IMG/VR virus record: IMGVR_UViG_3300044695_003767 | DNA: 64,000 bases | Reading direction: 5' to 3' (one strand) | Origin: a virus | In this document: positions 1-7,727 of the stretch, piece after piece | How positions within the stretch are numbered: position 1 is the first letter of the stretch | How the letters are laid out: each line of letters starts with the position of its first letter | Translations under genes and position numbers: made by a program | Notes under the pieces: model-generated | What the model was told of the DNA's origin: nothing | Databases searched by the model: none | What the model saw: the letters and a program-made list of their open reading frames with translations, nothing else

Positions 1-2
1 TT

Positions 3-194
3 CATAATTCTCCTGAAAGAAATCATATAGATACCTTGGATGAAAAGGGAATTTATTATGAAAGTTATTCTGACATCCTTCACATCCTCAAAAATTTAGA
101 TAAAAATGAAATAAACTCTTTAGAGTGGAATTGTTATCAAGAATATTCTCCAGAGAAAGTAGTACAAAAATTTAAAGAAGTTTACTTAAACTGA
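3..194 (+). CDS. 3' end of an upstream gene (probably a glycosyltransferase C-terminus), partial
   Basis: Open frame HNSPERNHIDTLDEKGIYY...YSPEKVVQKFKEVYLN* ends in TGA at 192-194, 1 nt before the epimerase ATG; function inferred from context only. Confidence 0.45.
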   Translation, partial: HNSPERNHIDTLDEKGIYYESYSDILHILKNLDKNEINSLEWNCYQEYSPEKVVQKFKEVYLN

Positions 195-195
195 T

Positions 196-1089
196 ATGAA
201 ATCATTAGTAACTGGTGGTGCAGGTTTTATTGGATCGCACATTGTAGATAGATTGATTGAATTGGGTCATGAAGTAGTCGTGATTGATAATGAAAGTGCT
301 GAATCGAATGAACAATTTTATTGGAATGATAAAGCACAAAACTATAAGTATGATATTCGTGACTATGAAAATACACGTCCTCTTTATGAAGAAGTAGATT
401 ATGTTTTTCATCTTGCTGCTGAGGCACGTATTCAACCAGCAATTTTGAATCCGATTGAAGCAGTAAGTACTAATTGTGTTGGTACAGTTACTGTTCTTCA
501 ATGTTCTCGTGAGGCGGGAGTTAAGAAGGTAATTTATTCTTCAACATCTTCTGGGTATGGATTAAATCAACCACCAAATCACGAAAATCATCCAGACGAT
601 TGTTTAAATCCATATTCTGTATCTAAAGTTTCTGGTGAAAAACTTTGTAAAATGTATACCAAACTTTTTGGTTTAAAAACGGTTATTTTTAGATACTTTA
701 ATGTCTATGGTGAACGTCAACCTCTCCGTGGACAATATGCACCTGTAATTGGAATTTTTCTTCGTCAACGATCTTCTAAAGAACCCCTCACAATTGTTGG
801 AGATGGAGAACAAAGGAGAGACTTTACACACGTTTCTGATGTAGTACAAGCAAATATTGTTGCAGCAACTAAAGATGTGGATGATGAATTTTATGGGCAA
901 CTTTATAATGTTGGTAGTGGTGTAAATTATTCAATTAATCAAATTGCAGATTCTATTTCTGATGAGCAAATAAACATTCCGCCAAGAATCGGAGAATCAA
1001 GAGATACTCTTGCTAATAATGGAAAACTCAGAGTTATTTTTGGTTGGAGACCACAGGTAAATTTAATGGATTGGATTGCTAAACAATGA
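196..1089 (+). CDS. NAD-dependent nucleotide-sugar epimerase/dehydratase (extended SDR)
   Basis: TGGAGFIG Rossmann motif, YxxxK (YSVSK), RYFNVYG, GDGEQRRDF. Confidence 0.93.
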   Translation: MKSLVTGGAGFIGSHIVDRLIELGHEVVVIDNESAESNEQFYWNDKAQNYKYDIRDYENTRPLYEEVDYVFHLAAEARIQPAILNPIEAVSTNCVGTVTVLQCSREAGVKKVIYSSTSSGYGLNQPPNHENHPDDCLNPYSVSKVSGEKLCKMYTKLFGLKTVIFRYFNVYGERQPLRGQYAPVIGIFLRQRSSKEPLTIVGDGEQRRDFTHVSDVVQANIVAATKDVDDEFYGQLYNVGSGVNYSINQIADSISDEQINIPPRIGESRDTLANNGKLRVIFGWRPQVNLMDWIAKQ

Positions 1090-1790
1090 ATCTTTTAATT
1101 GAATATTTTAATTCTTTGAATCATATGAGAAATGGAGAATATCTCTATTGTCTTCACCAAAATCTTGGTAATGATTACATAGAAAATGTCTATGTCTTTA
1201 TGGATGAAGATGCAGAATTGAACTTCAATTCTGATAAAATTAAAAGAGTAATAAGAAAAGAAAGACCATCTTATAAAGATCTTTTTGATTTTTGTAATGA
1301 AAACTTAAAAGATCAGATTTGTATAGTTGCAAATGCTGATATTATTTTTGATGATACTCTCAGGCATTTTAATAAAATTGATATGTCTAATACTTTCTAT
1401 GCACTGAGTCGATGGGAGATATCCACTGGTGATGGTAAAAATTGGGAAATAGAACCGTTTGAAAATGCAGCATCTCAAGATTCTTGGATTTTTAAAACAC
1501 CAATTAAAGTTTCTGATGATATGAATTATACAATGGGTAAACCAGGATGCGATAATAAAATTACATATCATATGAGAGAACTTGGATACACTTGTAGAAA
1601 TCCTGGTAAAAAAGTTATTACCATTCATTTTCATCCTACACAATTTAGGACTTATGATTGGAAAGATGACAGAGTTCCTGGTCCTTATCTATTAATTTCA
1701 CCTGTCGATAATTTTACTGGAGAACCTCATTACATTGATATTGATGGATTTAATGAAAATGGTCAACCATTTAAAGTAGTAAATCAGTAA
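1086..1790 (+). CDS. hypothetical protein, glycosyltransferase-like
   Basis: 234 aa, overlaps the upstream stop; NADI (DxD-like), SQDSWIF and GKPGCDN motifs. Confidence 0.55.
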   Translation: MNLLIEYFNSLNHMRNGEYLYCLHQNLGNDYIENVYVFMDEDAELNFNSDKIKRVIRKERPSYKDLFDFCNENLKDQICIVANADIIFDDTLRHFNKIDMSNTFYALSRWEISTGDGKNWEIEPFENAASQDSWIFKTPIKVSDDMNYTMGKPGCDNKITYHMRELGYTCRNPGKKVITIHFHPTQFRTYDWKDDRVPGPYLLISPVDNFTGEPHYIDIDGFNENGQPFKVVNQ

Positions 1791-1824
1791 GCATTTATAC
1801 TTATTTTGTTAGAGTATTCGAACA

Positions 1825-1862
1825 GAAAGGGGCTTGACGCCCCTTTCTTTTTGCTATATAAT
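1825..1862 (+). promoter_or_regulatory. intrinsic terminator hairpin fused with a sigma70 promoter
   Basis: Hairpin gaaagggg-cttgacg-cccctttc followed by a T-run; TTGACG (1834-1839) lies in the loop, 17 bp before TATAAT (1857-1862). Confidence 0.8.
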
Positions 1863-1889
1863 TGTGTAACAATTCTTAATGAATTTACA

Positions 1890-2084
1890 ATGACTGTAAC
1901 AACTAATGAATATGGGCAACAGAATATGTTTGCCAAAGAGCCAACCATGTATTATGAGAACTATGGTATGCTTTCACCTAATCAAGTAAAGGAGCGCACC
2001 AATGGACGCTGGGCAATGGTCGGTTTTGTTGCTGGCATCATTTCTTATGTTAGCACTGGCAACTTCTTCTTCGGTATCTTCTGA
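1890..2084 (+). CDS. hli: high-light inducible protein
   Basis: ERTNGRWAMVGF chlorophyll-binding motif; start placed at ATG 1890, downstream of the promoter. Confidence 0.92.
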   Translation: MTVTTNEYGQQNMFAKEPTMYYENYGMLSPNQVKERTNGRWAMVGFVAGIISYVSTGNFFFGIF

Positions 2085-2170
2085 TGACTGAAACTATTTT
2101 TACCATTACCTCAGTTGCCTTTTTTGTGCTTCTGTGTTATGCTGTAGAGAAAGTTGCGGAAACTTATTGA
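2084..2170 (+). CDS. small membrane peptide (28 aa)
   Basis: [28 protein letters not shown]; coupled to hli by TGATG and ends 1 nt before petF. Confidence 0.6.
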   Translation: MTETIFTITSVAFFVLLCYAVEKVAETY

Positions 2171-2171
2171 A

Positions 2172-2462
2172 ATGACATTCAACGTTACACTTCAAACCCC
2201 TGACGGCACCGAAACCATTATTCAGTGTGCCGAAGATCAATATATTCTTGAAGCAGCAGAAGATGCGGGAGTGGACCTTCCTTATTCTTGTAAGGCAGGT
2301 GCTTGTTCTTCTTGTGCTGGTAAAGTTGTCTCTGGTGAGATTGATAATGAAGAACAATCTTTCCTTGATGATGATCAGATGGCAGAAGGATTTGCACTTC
2401 TCTGTGTTGCTTATCCTAAGTCTGACTGTGTGATCCTGACCGAACAGGAAGAAAACCTGTGA
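2172..2462 (+). CDS. petF: plant-type [2Fe-2S] ferredoxin
   Basis: [15 protein letters not shown]...LLCVAYP cluster motif. Confidence 0.96.
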   Translation: MTFNVTLQTPDGTETIIQCAEDQYILEAAEDAGVDLPYSCKAGACSSCAGKVVSGEIDNEEQSFLDDDQMAEGFALLCVAYPKSDCVILTEQEENL

Positions 2463-2737
2463 GAAGTGCTGACTGGTTGGGACAACTTTCTATTGCCCTT
2501 CAAGAACTTAAATGGACTGGAGAAGATGAAATTGTGGTTGAAATTGGTGGTGTAGCAGTAACTGGAACTGCAACTCACCCAGATGCAAATGTAAAGTGGG
2601 CAAAACCATTTGGAACCGTATCCTATCAGAACGATGCTTTTATCGTAATCAAAAATAAAACAAGAAGTCCTATGGTCTTCTCCCAACCCAATCCAGAACT
2701 TAAACAACAACACTCTTACAAAGGAGAAAAACAATGA
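2459..2737 (+). CDS. hypothetical protein
   Basis: 92 aa; overlaps both neighbours by 4 nt. Confidence 0.65.
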   Translation: MRSADWLGQLSIALQELKWTGEDEIVVEIGGVAVTGTATHPDANVKWAKPFGTVSYQNDAFIVIKNKTRSPMVFSQPNPELKQQHSYKGEKQ

Positions 2738-2853
2738 ACAAAATTTTTACTGAAAAAGCAGAACGTATTAACGGTTGGGCTGCGATGATTGGATTCGTTG
2801 CTGCTGCTGGTTCGTACCTTGTAACTGGTCAAATTATTCCTGGCGTATTCTGA
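2734..2853 (+). CDS. hli: high-light inducible protein (39 aa)
   Basis: [39 protein letters not shown]; AGGAG SD upstream; absent from the ORF track. Confidence 0.93.
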   Translation: MNKIFTEKAERINGWAAMIGFVAAAGSYLVTGQIIPGVF

Positions 2854-2864
2854 TGGAGGTTAAA

Positions 2865-3392
2865 ATGCGTAGTGAAGGATATACTGTTCCTGAAGTTCAA
2901 TTTCAGTTTCGTGAGAATGGTGAGTTTGTAAACCGTACAACTTCAGAACTCTTCAATGGAAAGCGTGTGGTCATTTTTAGTCTGCCTGGTGCTTTCACTC
3001 CTACTTGCAGTGCCTATCAGCTTCCTGGATTCGAAGAGAGATACGATGACTTTATTAGTCTTGGCATCGACAATATTTACTGCATCTCTGTTAATGATGG
3101 GTTTGTGATGAATGCCTGGGCACAGGACCAGAACATTGATAAGGTCAAACTCATTCCAGACGGCAATGCTTATTTCACACGTTCTATGGGAATGCTTGTC
3201 AATAAGTCTAACCTTGGTTTCGGCGATCGCTCTTGGCGTTATGCTGCGGTCGTGGATAACGGAATCATCGAAAAACTATTCGTTGAAGAGGGGAGACGGG
3301 ACAATGCCGACACCGACCCTTATGAGCAAACTACTCCGGAAAATGTTCTAGAGTATGTGTCAGCAAATGTAAAAGTCGGCACTACAGTTTGA
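2865..3392 (+). CDS. peroxiredoxin (Prx5/type II redoxin)
   Basis: LPGAFTPTCS active site, SVNDGFVM, RSWRYA; GGAGG SD before ATG 2865. Confidence 0.92.
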   Translation: MRSEGYTVPEVQFQFRENGEFVNRTTSELFNGKRVVIFSLPGAFTPTCSAYQLPGFEERYDDFISLGIDNIYCISVNDGFVMNAWAQDQNIDKVKLIPDGNAYFTRSMGMLVNKSNLGFGDRSWRYAAVVDNGIIEKLFVEEGRRDNADTDPYEQTTPENVLEYVSANVKVGTTV

Positions 3393-3413
3393 CATAAGAC
3401 TTTATAATAATTG

Positions 3414-3445
3414 ACTCTGTTGCTAAATAAGCAGCAGAGTTTTTT
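3414..3445 (+). terminator. terminator hairpin with a late promoter CTAAATA across its loop
   Basis: actctgttgct-aaata-agcagcagagt followed by TTTTT; CTAAATA at 3423-3429. Confidence 0.7.
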
Positions 3446-3451
3446 AGTATT

Positions 3452-3616
3452 ATGCCAAGAGGACATTTGACGAAGGATATTGTTAAGTGTGAGGTCCTTA
3501 AACTTAAGAAGGATTTGGATAATGAATGGATGAATAAATCTGGATATGATCCAAAGTGGTTGGCACATCATTACCTTAATAAGATCCTGGACAAAATCGA
3601 AGAATACAGGGCTTGA
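3452..3616 (+). CDS. small hypothetical protein (54 aa)
   Basis: MPRGHLTKDIVKCEVL...LNKILDKIEEYRA*, downstream of a late promoter. Confidence 0.7.
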   Translation: MPRGHLTKDIVKCEVLKLKKDLDNEWMNKSGYDPKWLAHHYLNKILDKIEEYRA

Positions 3617-3646
3617 CACGGATGGGAAACCGTAGTATGATAAATA
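3613..3646 (+). promoter_or_regulatory. psbA sigma70 promoter with overlapping late-promoter core
   Basis: TTGACA (3613-3618), 17 bp, TATGAT (3636-3641); TAAATA at 3641-3646. Confidence 0.8.
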
Positions 3647-3699
3647 GGTAAACAAATGTTACGAAATACTCATATTTCTTAACATTGTCAAACACCCCA

Positions 3700-3800
3700 C
3701 AAACCGAGACCTCTAGGGTGTATAAATTACGTCTCTCATACCCAGTCTGAGGGTGACTGGGGAATAGTATCACCACCATTTCCCTGATGGTCTTACTACT
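3700..3800 (+). ncRNA. structured psbA leader, PhotoRC-II-like motif
   Basis: Stems gagac/gtctc, cccagtc/gactggg and accat/atggt; loops tgagggt and ttccctg are complementary (aggg/ccct); lies directly 5' of a cyanophage psbA. Confidence 0.7.
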
Positions 3801-3811
3801 CTTTTAAACAA

Positions 3812-4894
3812 ATGACTGCTTCAATTGCTTCACGTCAACAACAATCGAATATTTGGGAACAGTTTTGCAACTGGGTTACTTCAACCGACAACCGCATCTA
3901 TGTGGGGTGGTTTGGTGTATTGATGGTGCCTTGCCTACTTGCTGCTACAACTTGTTTCATCATCGCATTCATCGGTGCTCCTCCTGTGGACATTGATGGT
4001 ATTCGTGAACCCGTTGCTGGTTCACTCATGTACGGAAACAACATCATCTCTGGTGCTGTGATTCCTTCGTCCAATGCTATTGGACTGCACTTTTATCCTA
4101 TCTGGGAAGCTGCTTCCCTAGATGAGTGGCTTTATAACGGTGGTCCCTTTCAACTAGTTGTGTTCCACTTCCTGATTGGTATCTACGCCTACATGGGTCG
4201 TGAGTGGGAACTCTCTTATCGTCTGGGTATGCGTCCTTGGATCTGTGTTGCTTACAGTGCTCCTGTCGCTGCTGCGAGTGCAGTGTTCCTGGTCTATCCT
4301 TTCGGTCAAGGTTCTTTCTCTGATGCGATGCCTCTGGGTATTTCTGGTACGTTCAACTACATGCTTGTGTTCCAGGCAGAGCACAACATCCTGATGCACC
4401 CCTTCCATATGCTTGGAGTTGCTGGTGTGTTCGGTGGTTCTCTGTTCAGTGCTATGCACGGTTCTCTGGTTACTTCCTCGCTGGTTCGTGAAACCACTGA
4501 GAACGAGTCACAGAACTATGGTTATAAGTTCGGTCAAGAAGAAGAAACCTACAACATTGTAGCTGCTCACGGTTATTTTGGTCGCCTTATCTTCCAATAT
4601 GCTTCCTTCAATAACTCACGTTCGCTGCACTTCTTCCTTGCTGCTTGGCCTGTAGTTGGCATCTGGTTCACTGCTCTTGGTGTAAGCACCATGGCATTTA
4701 ACCTTAACGGATTTAATTACAACCAAAGTATTCTTGACTCCCAAGGTCATGTAATTAACTCCTGGGCTGATGTTCTTAACCGTGCTAATCTTGGTTTTGA
4801 GGTGATGCATGAGAGAAACGCCCATAACTTTCCTCTGGACCTTGCTGCTGCAAGCAACATTCCTGTTGCTCTTACCGCACCTGCAATCGGTTGA
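3812..4894 (+). CDS. psbA: photosystem II D1 protein, intronless, Glu130 type
   Basis: Full 360-aa D1: [48 protein letters not shown]. Confidence 0.99.
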   Translation: MTASIASRQQQSNIWEQFCNWVTSTDNRIYVGWFGVLMVPCLLAATTCFIIAFIGAPPVDIDGIREPVAGSLMYGNNIISGAVIPSSNAIGLHFYPIWEAASLDEWLYNGGPFQLVVFHFLIGIYAYMGREWELSYRLGMRPWICVAYSAPVAAASAVFLVYPFGQGSFSDAMPLGISGTFNYMLVFQAEHNILMHPFHMLGVAGVFGGSLFSAMHGSLVTSSLVRETTENESQNYGYKFGQEEETYNIVAAHGYFGRLIFQYASFNNSRSLHFFLAAWPVVGIWFTALGVSTMAFNLNGFNYNQSILDSQGHVINSWADVLNRANLGFEVMHERNAHNFPLDLAAASNIPVALTAPAIG

Positions 4895-4918
4895 TGATAA
4901 GTTGGAGTTTTCTAACGG

Positions 4919-4941
4919 AGACCCCGAAAGGGGTCTTTTTT
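4919..4941 (+). terminator. rho-independent terminator after psbA
   Basis: agacccc-gaaa-ggggtct followed by a T-run. Confidence 0.9.
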
Positions 4942-4942
4942 A

Positions 4943-4979
4943 TTGCTAAATACTTAAAGTTATGCTACAATAACTTTAA
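4943..4979 (+). promoter_or_regulatory. promoters of the homing endonuclease, overlapped by a 10-bp inverted repeat
   Basis: TTGCTA (4943), 17 bp, TGnTACAAT (4966-4971); CTAAATA 4946-4952; ttaaagttat/ataactttaa at 4954-4979. Confidence 0.6.
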
Positions 4980-4993
4980 CAACTAAACCAACT

Positions 4994-5437
4994 ATGAAAA
5001 CTTGTAAAATCTGCAGTCAACCAAAACCACTTACGGAGTTTTATCAAACTGTAAGGAATGGAAAACCGTATGGGTATCACGGAAAGTGTAAAGAGTGTTA
5101 TATTAAAAAACAGCAAGAGAACTATGACCCATTAAAACAAAGAGATGAAAATCTTAAACAAAGATATGGTAAGAATTTTGGACTATTAGAGTATAATGCT
5201 TTGTTGGAAAAACAAGGACATAAGTGTGCTATTTGTGCCTCTACCGATCCAAAAGGTAGAAAATCTGGAAGAGGTGGGGCAGTAGACGTTTTCTATGTTG
5301 ACCACAATCATAAAACTGGTGAGGTTCGTGGACTTCTTTGCAATGTTTGTAATAGAACAATTGGTTATGTTAATGAAGATATTGAATTGATTAGAAATAT
5401 GATTGATTATGTTAAACGGCATAGAGGTGAGCACTAA
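4994..5437 (+). CDS. free-standing homing endonuclease, EndoVII-like (F-CphI-like)
   Basis: N-terminal CxxC...CxxC; CAIC; VDHNHKTGEVRGLLCNVCN EndoVII motif; located between psbA and psbD. Confidence 0.85.
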   Translation: MKTCKICSQPKPLTEFYQTVRNGKPYGYHGKCKECYIKKQQENYDPLKQRDENLKQRYGKNFGLLEYNALLEKQGHKCAICASTDPKGRKSGRGGAVDVFYVDHNHKTGEVRGLLCNVCNRTIGYVNEDIELIRNMIDYVKRHRGEH

Positions 5438-5443
5438 TACTCA

Positions 5444-5477
5444 TTGACCTCTTTTGTAAAGTATTGTAAACTAAATA
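5444..5477 (+). promoter_or_regulatory. psbD promoter containing an HLR1 (RpaB) box and a late promoter
   Basis: TTGACC (5444), 17 bp, TAAACT (5467-5472); the minus strand of 5453-5470 reads TTTACAAT-AC-TTTACAAA; CTAAATA at 5471-5477. Confidence 0.75.
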
Positions 5478-5498
5478 TGAGAAATGACAATGGAGACT

Positions 5499-6560
5499 AT
5501 GGTTTCTTCTACACTTTCACAACCAATTTCACAGAGAGGATGGTTTGATGTCTTGGATGACTGGCTTAAACGAGATCGCTTTGTCTTTGTGGGTTGGTCT
5601 GGACTACTTCTTTTTCCCACTGCTTATCTTGCGCTTGGTGGCTGGCTTACTGGCACAACGTTTGCTACAAGTTGGTACACCCACGGGATTGCGTCTTCTT
5701 ACCTTGAAGGCTGCAATTTTCTTACAGCAGCAGTGTCAACTCCTGCTGACGCTATGGGTCATTCTCTTCTTCTACTTTGGGGTCCTGAGTCTCAGGGAGA
5801 TTTCGTCCGCTGGGTCCAACTTGGGGGACTCTGGCCTTTTGTGGCACTCCACGGTGCCTTTGCTCTCATAGGTTTCATGCTTCGTCAGTTTGAAATTGCA
5901 CGTTTAGTAGGAATTAGACCGTACAATGCTATTGCGTTTTCTGGGCCTATCGCTGTTTTTGTCAGTGTGTTTCTCATGTATCCACTCGGACAGTCATCTT
6001 GGTTCTTTGCGCCGTCGTTTGGTGTTGCTGCGATTTTTAGGTTCCTCCTATTCTTACAAGGTTTCCATAACTGGACGCTCAACCCCTTTCATATGATGGG
6101 AGTTGCTGGTATACTGGGAGGAGCACTACTCTGTGCGATTCATGGAGCAACAGTAGAAAACACTCTATTTGAGGACAGTGAGCAAGCAAATACATTCAAA
6201 GCATTTGAACCTACGCAAGAGGAAGAGACTTACTCAATGGTTACTGCGAACAGATTCTGGTCACAGATTTTTGGTATCGCTTTTAGTAATAAGCGTTGGT
6301 TGCATTTCTTTATGCTTTTCGTTCCCGTTATGGGTCTTTGGACTTCTTCTATCGGCATCATCGGTCTTGCTCTTAACCTCCGTGCTTACGACTTTGTATC
6401 TCAGGAAATTAGAGCAGCAGAAGACCCCGAGTTTGAAACCTTTTACACCAAGAACATTCTTCTAAATGAAGGACTTCGTGCTTGGATGGCTCCTGTAGAC
6501 CAACCTCATGAGCAGTTTGTATTTCCAGAGGAAGTTTTACCTCGGGGCAACGCACTCTAA
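5499..6560 (+). CDS. psbD: photosystem II D2 protein
   Basis: [23 protein letters not shown]...[10 protein letters not shown]; start at ATG 5499 after GGAG. Confidence 0.99.
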   Translation: MVSSTLSQPISQRGWFDVLDDWLKRDRFVFVGWSGLLLFPTAYLALGGWLTGTTFATSWYTHGIASSYLEGCNFLTAAVSTPADAMGHSLLLLWGPESQGDFVRWVQLGGLWPFVALHGAFALIGFMLRQFEIARLVGIRPYNAIAFSGPIAVFVSVFLMYPLGQSSWFFAPSFGVAAIFRFLLFLQGFHNWTLNPFHMMGVAGILGGALLCAIHGATVENTLFEDSEQANTFKAFEPTQEEETYSMVTANRFWSQIFGIAFSNKRWLHFFMLFVPVMGLWTSSIGIIGLALNLRAYDFVSQEIRAAEDPEFETFYTKNILLNEGLRAWMAPVDQPHEQFVFPEEVLPRGNAL

Positions 6561-6569
6561 AATAAATAG

Positions 6570-6595
6570 AAGGAGTTCTCTGAACTCCTTTTTTT
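6570..6595 (+). terminator. terminator after psbD
   Basis: aaggagttc-tct-gaactcctt followed by a T-run. Confidence 0.85.
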
Positions 6596-6676
6596 ATGGC
6601 ATTTCTCTTCATCCTCTTACTTTTCCAACTCTTTGGAATTATTATGTTTATATTGTCAGTTATGCAAGATTTATGA
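6596..6676 (+). CDS. small hydrophobic peptide (26 aa)
   Basis: MAFLFILLLFQLFGIIMFILSVMQDL*; ATGA overlap with the next ORF. Confidence 0.4.
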   Translation: MAFLFILLLFQLFGIIMFILSVMQDL

Positions 6677-6795
6677 TTACATCCACAACTCCATACAAAC
6701 TCGCAGAAATTATCAGAGATACTTGGCCAGGTCTTTACAGAAAACCAGAACCATCTTATAATGAAAAAAAGGAAACAGAAGATGAAAAAGTATAA
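6673..6795 (+). CDS. small hypothetical protein (40 aa)
   Basis: MITSTTPYKLAEIIRDTWPGLYRKP...; in frame with track ORF 6508..6795. Confidence 0.6.
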   Translation: MITSTTPYKLAEIIRDTWPGLYRKPEPSYNEKKETEDEKV

Positions 6796-7087
6796 CGAAG
6801 AATATTTTTCAGTTATTGAGACCAAGACTGGAAGAAAGATCGCTGATTGTGGTGATGAAATGGATGCACTGGCAATGGTTGCTTTTGATCCACAGAATAG
6901 AACAATTACACGAAATAAGTTTTTAATGGGTCCTGTTGTGGATGTTGAAATTCCAAAGGCACTTCCCACTAATGCAATTGATGTTTCCTCTTATAAAGAA
7001 CATCAAGAAAATTGGATGGTAGAAAAACTCAATGAACTACCACAAATCAAACTGCCACAAGGTCAAGGAGAACCTGTGGTGGTATGA
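6782..7087 (+). CDS. hypothetical protein
   Basis: Track ORF 6761..7087, likely start ATG 6782; coupled to the next gene. Confidence 0.7.
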   Translation: MKKYNEEYFSVIETKTGRKIADCGDEMDALAMVAFDPQNRTITRNKFLMGPVVDVEIPKALPTNAIDVSSYKEHQENWMVEKLNELPQIKLPQGQGEPVVV

Positions 7088-7290
7088 ATCACCGTAAGAG
7101 AAAACAGGTAGAGAATCAAAAAAAGAAAAGGATGTACACACCTGATGGATACGTTGGAGATCCCCCAGATGCTAAATGTCCACACTGCGGGGAATCTGGA
7201 AAGTCTTGTTCTTATGTAAATAGTTTAAGTCGTGCTTGGGCAAGGAGTGCTTGTGAGAAGAACATAATAAATAATCACAAGTCGCAGTAA
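7084..7290 (+). CDS. small Cys-rich hypothetical protein
   Basis: CPHCG...C...C; ATGA overlap. Confidence 0.65.
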   Translation: MNHRKRKQVENQKKKRMYTPDGYVGDPPDAKCPHCGESGKSCSYVNSLSRAWARSACEKNIINNHKSQ

Positions 7291-7293
7291 CTT

Positions 7294-7665
7294 ATGGGAC
7301 CTCTACACTCTCCAAAAGAATACTTGTTTAATTTACATACAACAAGTTCTGGGGAGGCGAAACGAATGTGGAGGCAAAACATAAAAGAAGAATGGGGACA
7401 TAGATGTGCCTATTGTGGATCAGAAGAAAACCTAACGATAGATCATATTATTCCACAATCAAAAGGTGGATTAGATGTTACAAAAAATGTAGTTTGTTGT
7501 TGCCACGATTGTAACCAGTCAAAGGGACACGATCACTGGAAGTTGTGGTATGTTCAGCAAGACTTTTATAGTGAAGAGCAATTTAATAAAATAGAAGAAT
7601 GGATGAAACCTGATCCACCAACGAACTTATTTTCTTATCGACCAAGACGCAACAATGCCTCTTGA
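7294..7665 (+). CDS. HNH endonuclease
   Basis: CAYCG...LTIDHIIPQSKGG...NVVCCCHDCNQSKG. Confidence 0.92.
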   Translation: MGPLHSPKEYLFNLHTTSSGEAKRMWRQNIKEEWGHRCAYCGSEENLTIDHIIPQSKGGLDVTKNVVCCCHDCNQSKGHDHWKLWYVQQDFYSEEQFNKIEEWMKPDPPTNLFSYRPRRNNAS

Positions 7666-7670
7666 GGTTT

Positions 7671-7678
7671 TATAAATA
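7671..7678 (+). promoter_or_regulatory. T4-type late promoter
   Basis: TATAAATA at the start of the structural region; related (A/C)TAAATA boxes at 19379, 27416, 29585, 36780, 44116, 45202, 48028, 55794 and 62812. Confidence 0.8.
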
Positions 7679-7727
7679 AATCAAAGGCAGTAAATACTGT
7701 TTTTGTGGTATATACCGAATGCGATAA

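Noticed and set aside
2775-2864. N-terminal extension of peroxiredoxin in the ORF track
   Set aside because: It is an alternative frame of the second hli; the SD supports a start at 2865
3389-3409. TTGACA...TATAAT after peroxiredoxin
   Set aside because: The spacer is about half the required 17 bp
3648-3662. NtcA box at the psbA promoter
   Set aside because: Spacing is GTA-N9-TAC rather than N8; better read as a degenerate HLR1-like repeat
3812-4894. Group I intron in psbA
   Set aside because: The ORF is continuous and full length (360 aa)
6409-6969. 186-aa minus-strand ORF
   Set aside because: Overlaps psbD, a terminator and plus-strand genes; not protein-like
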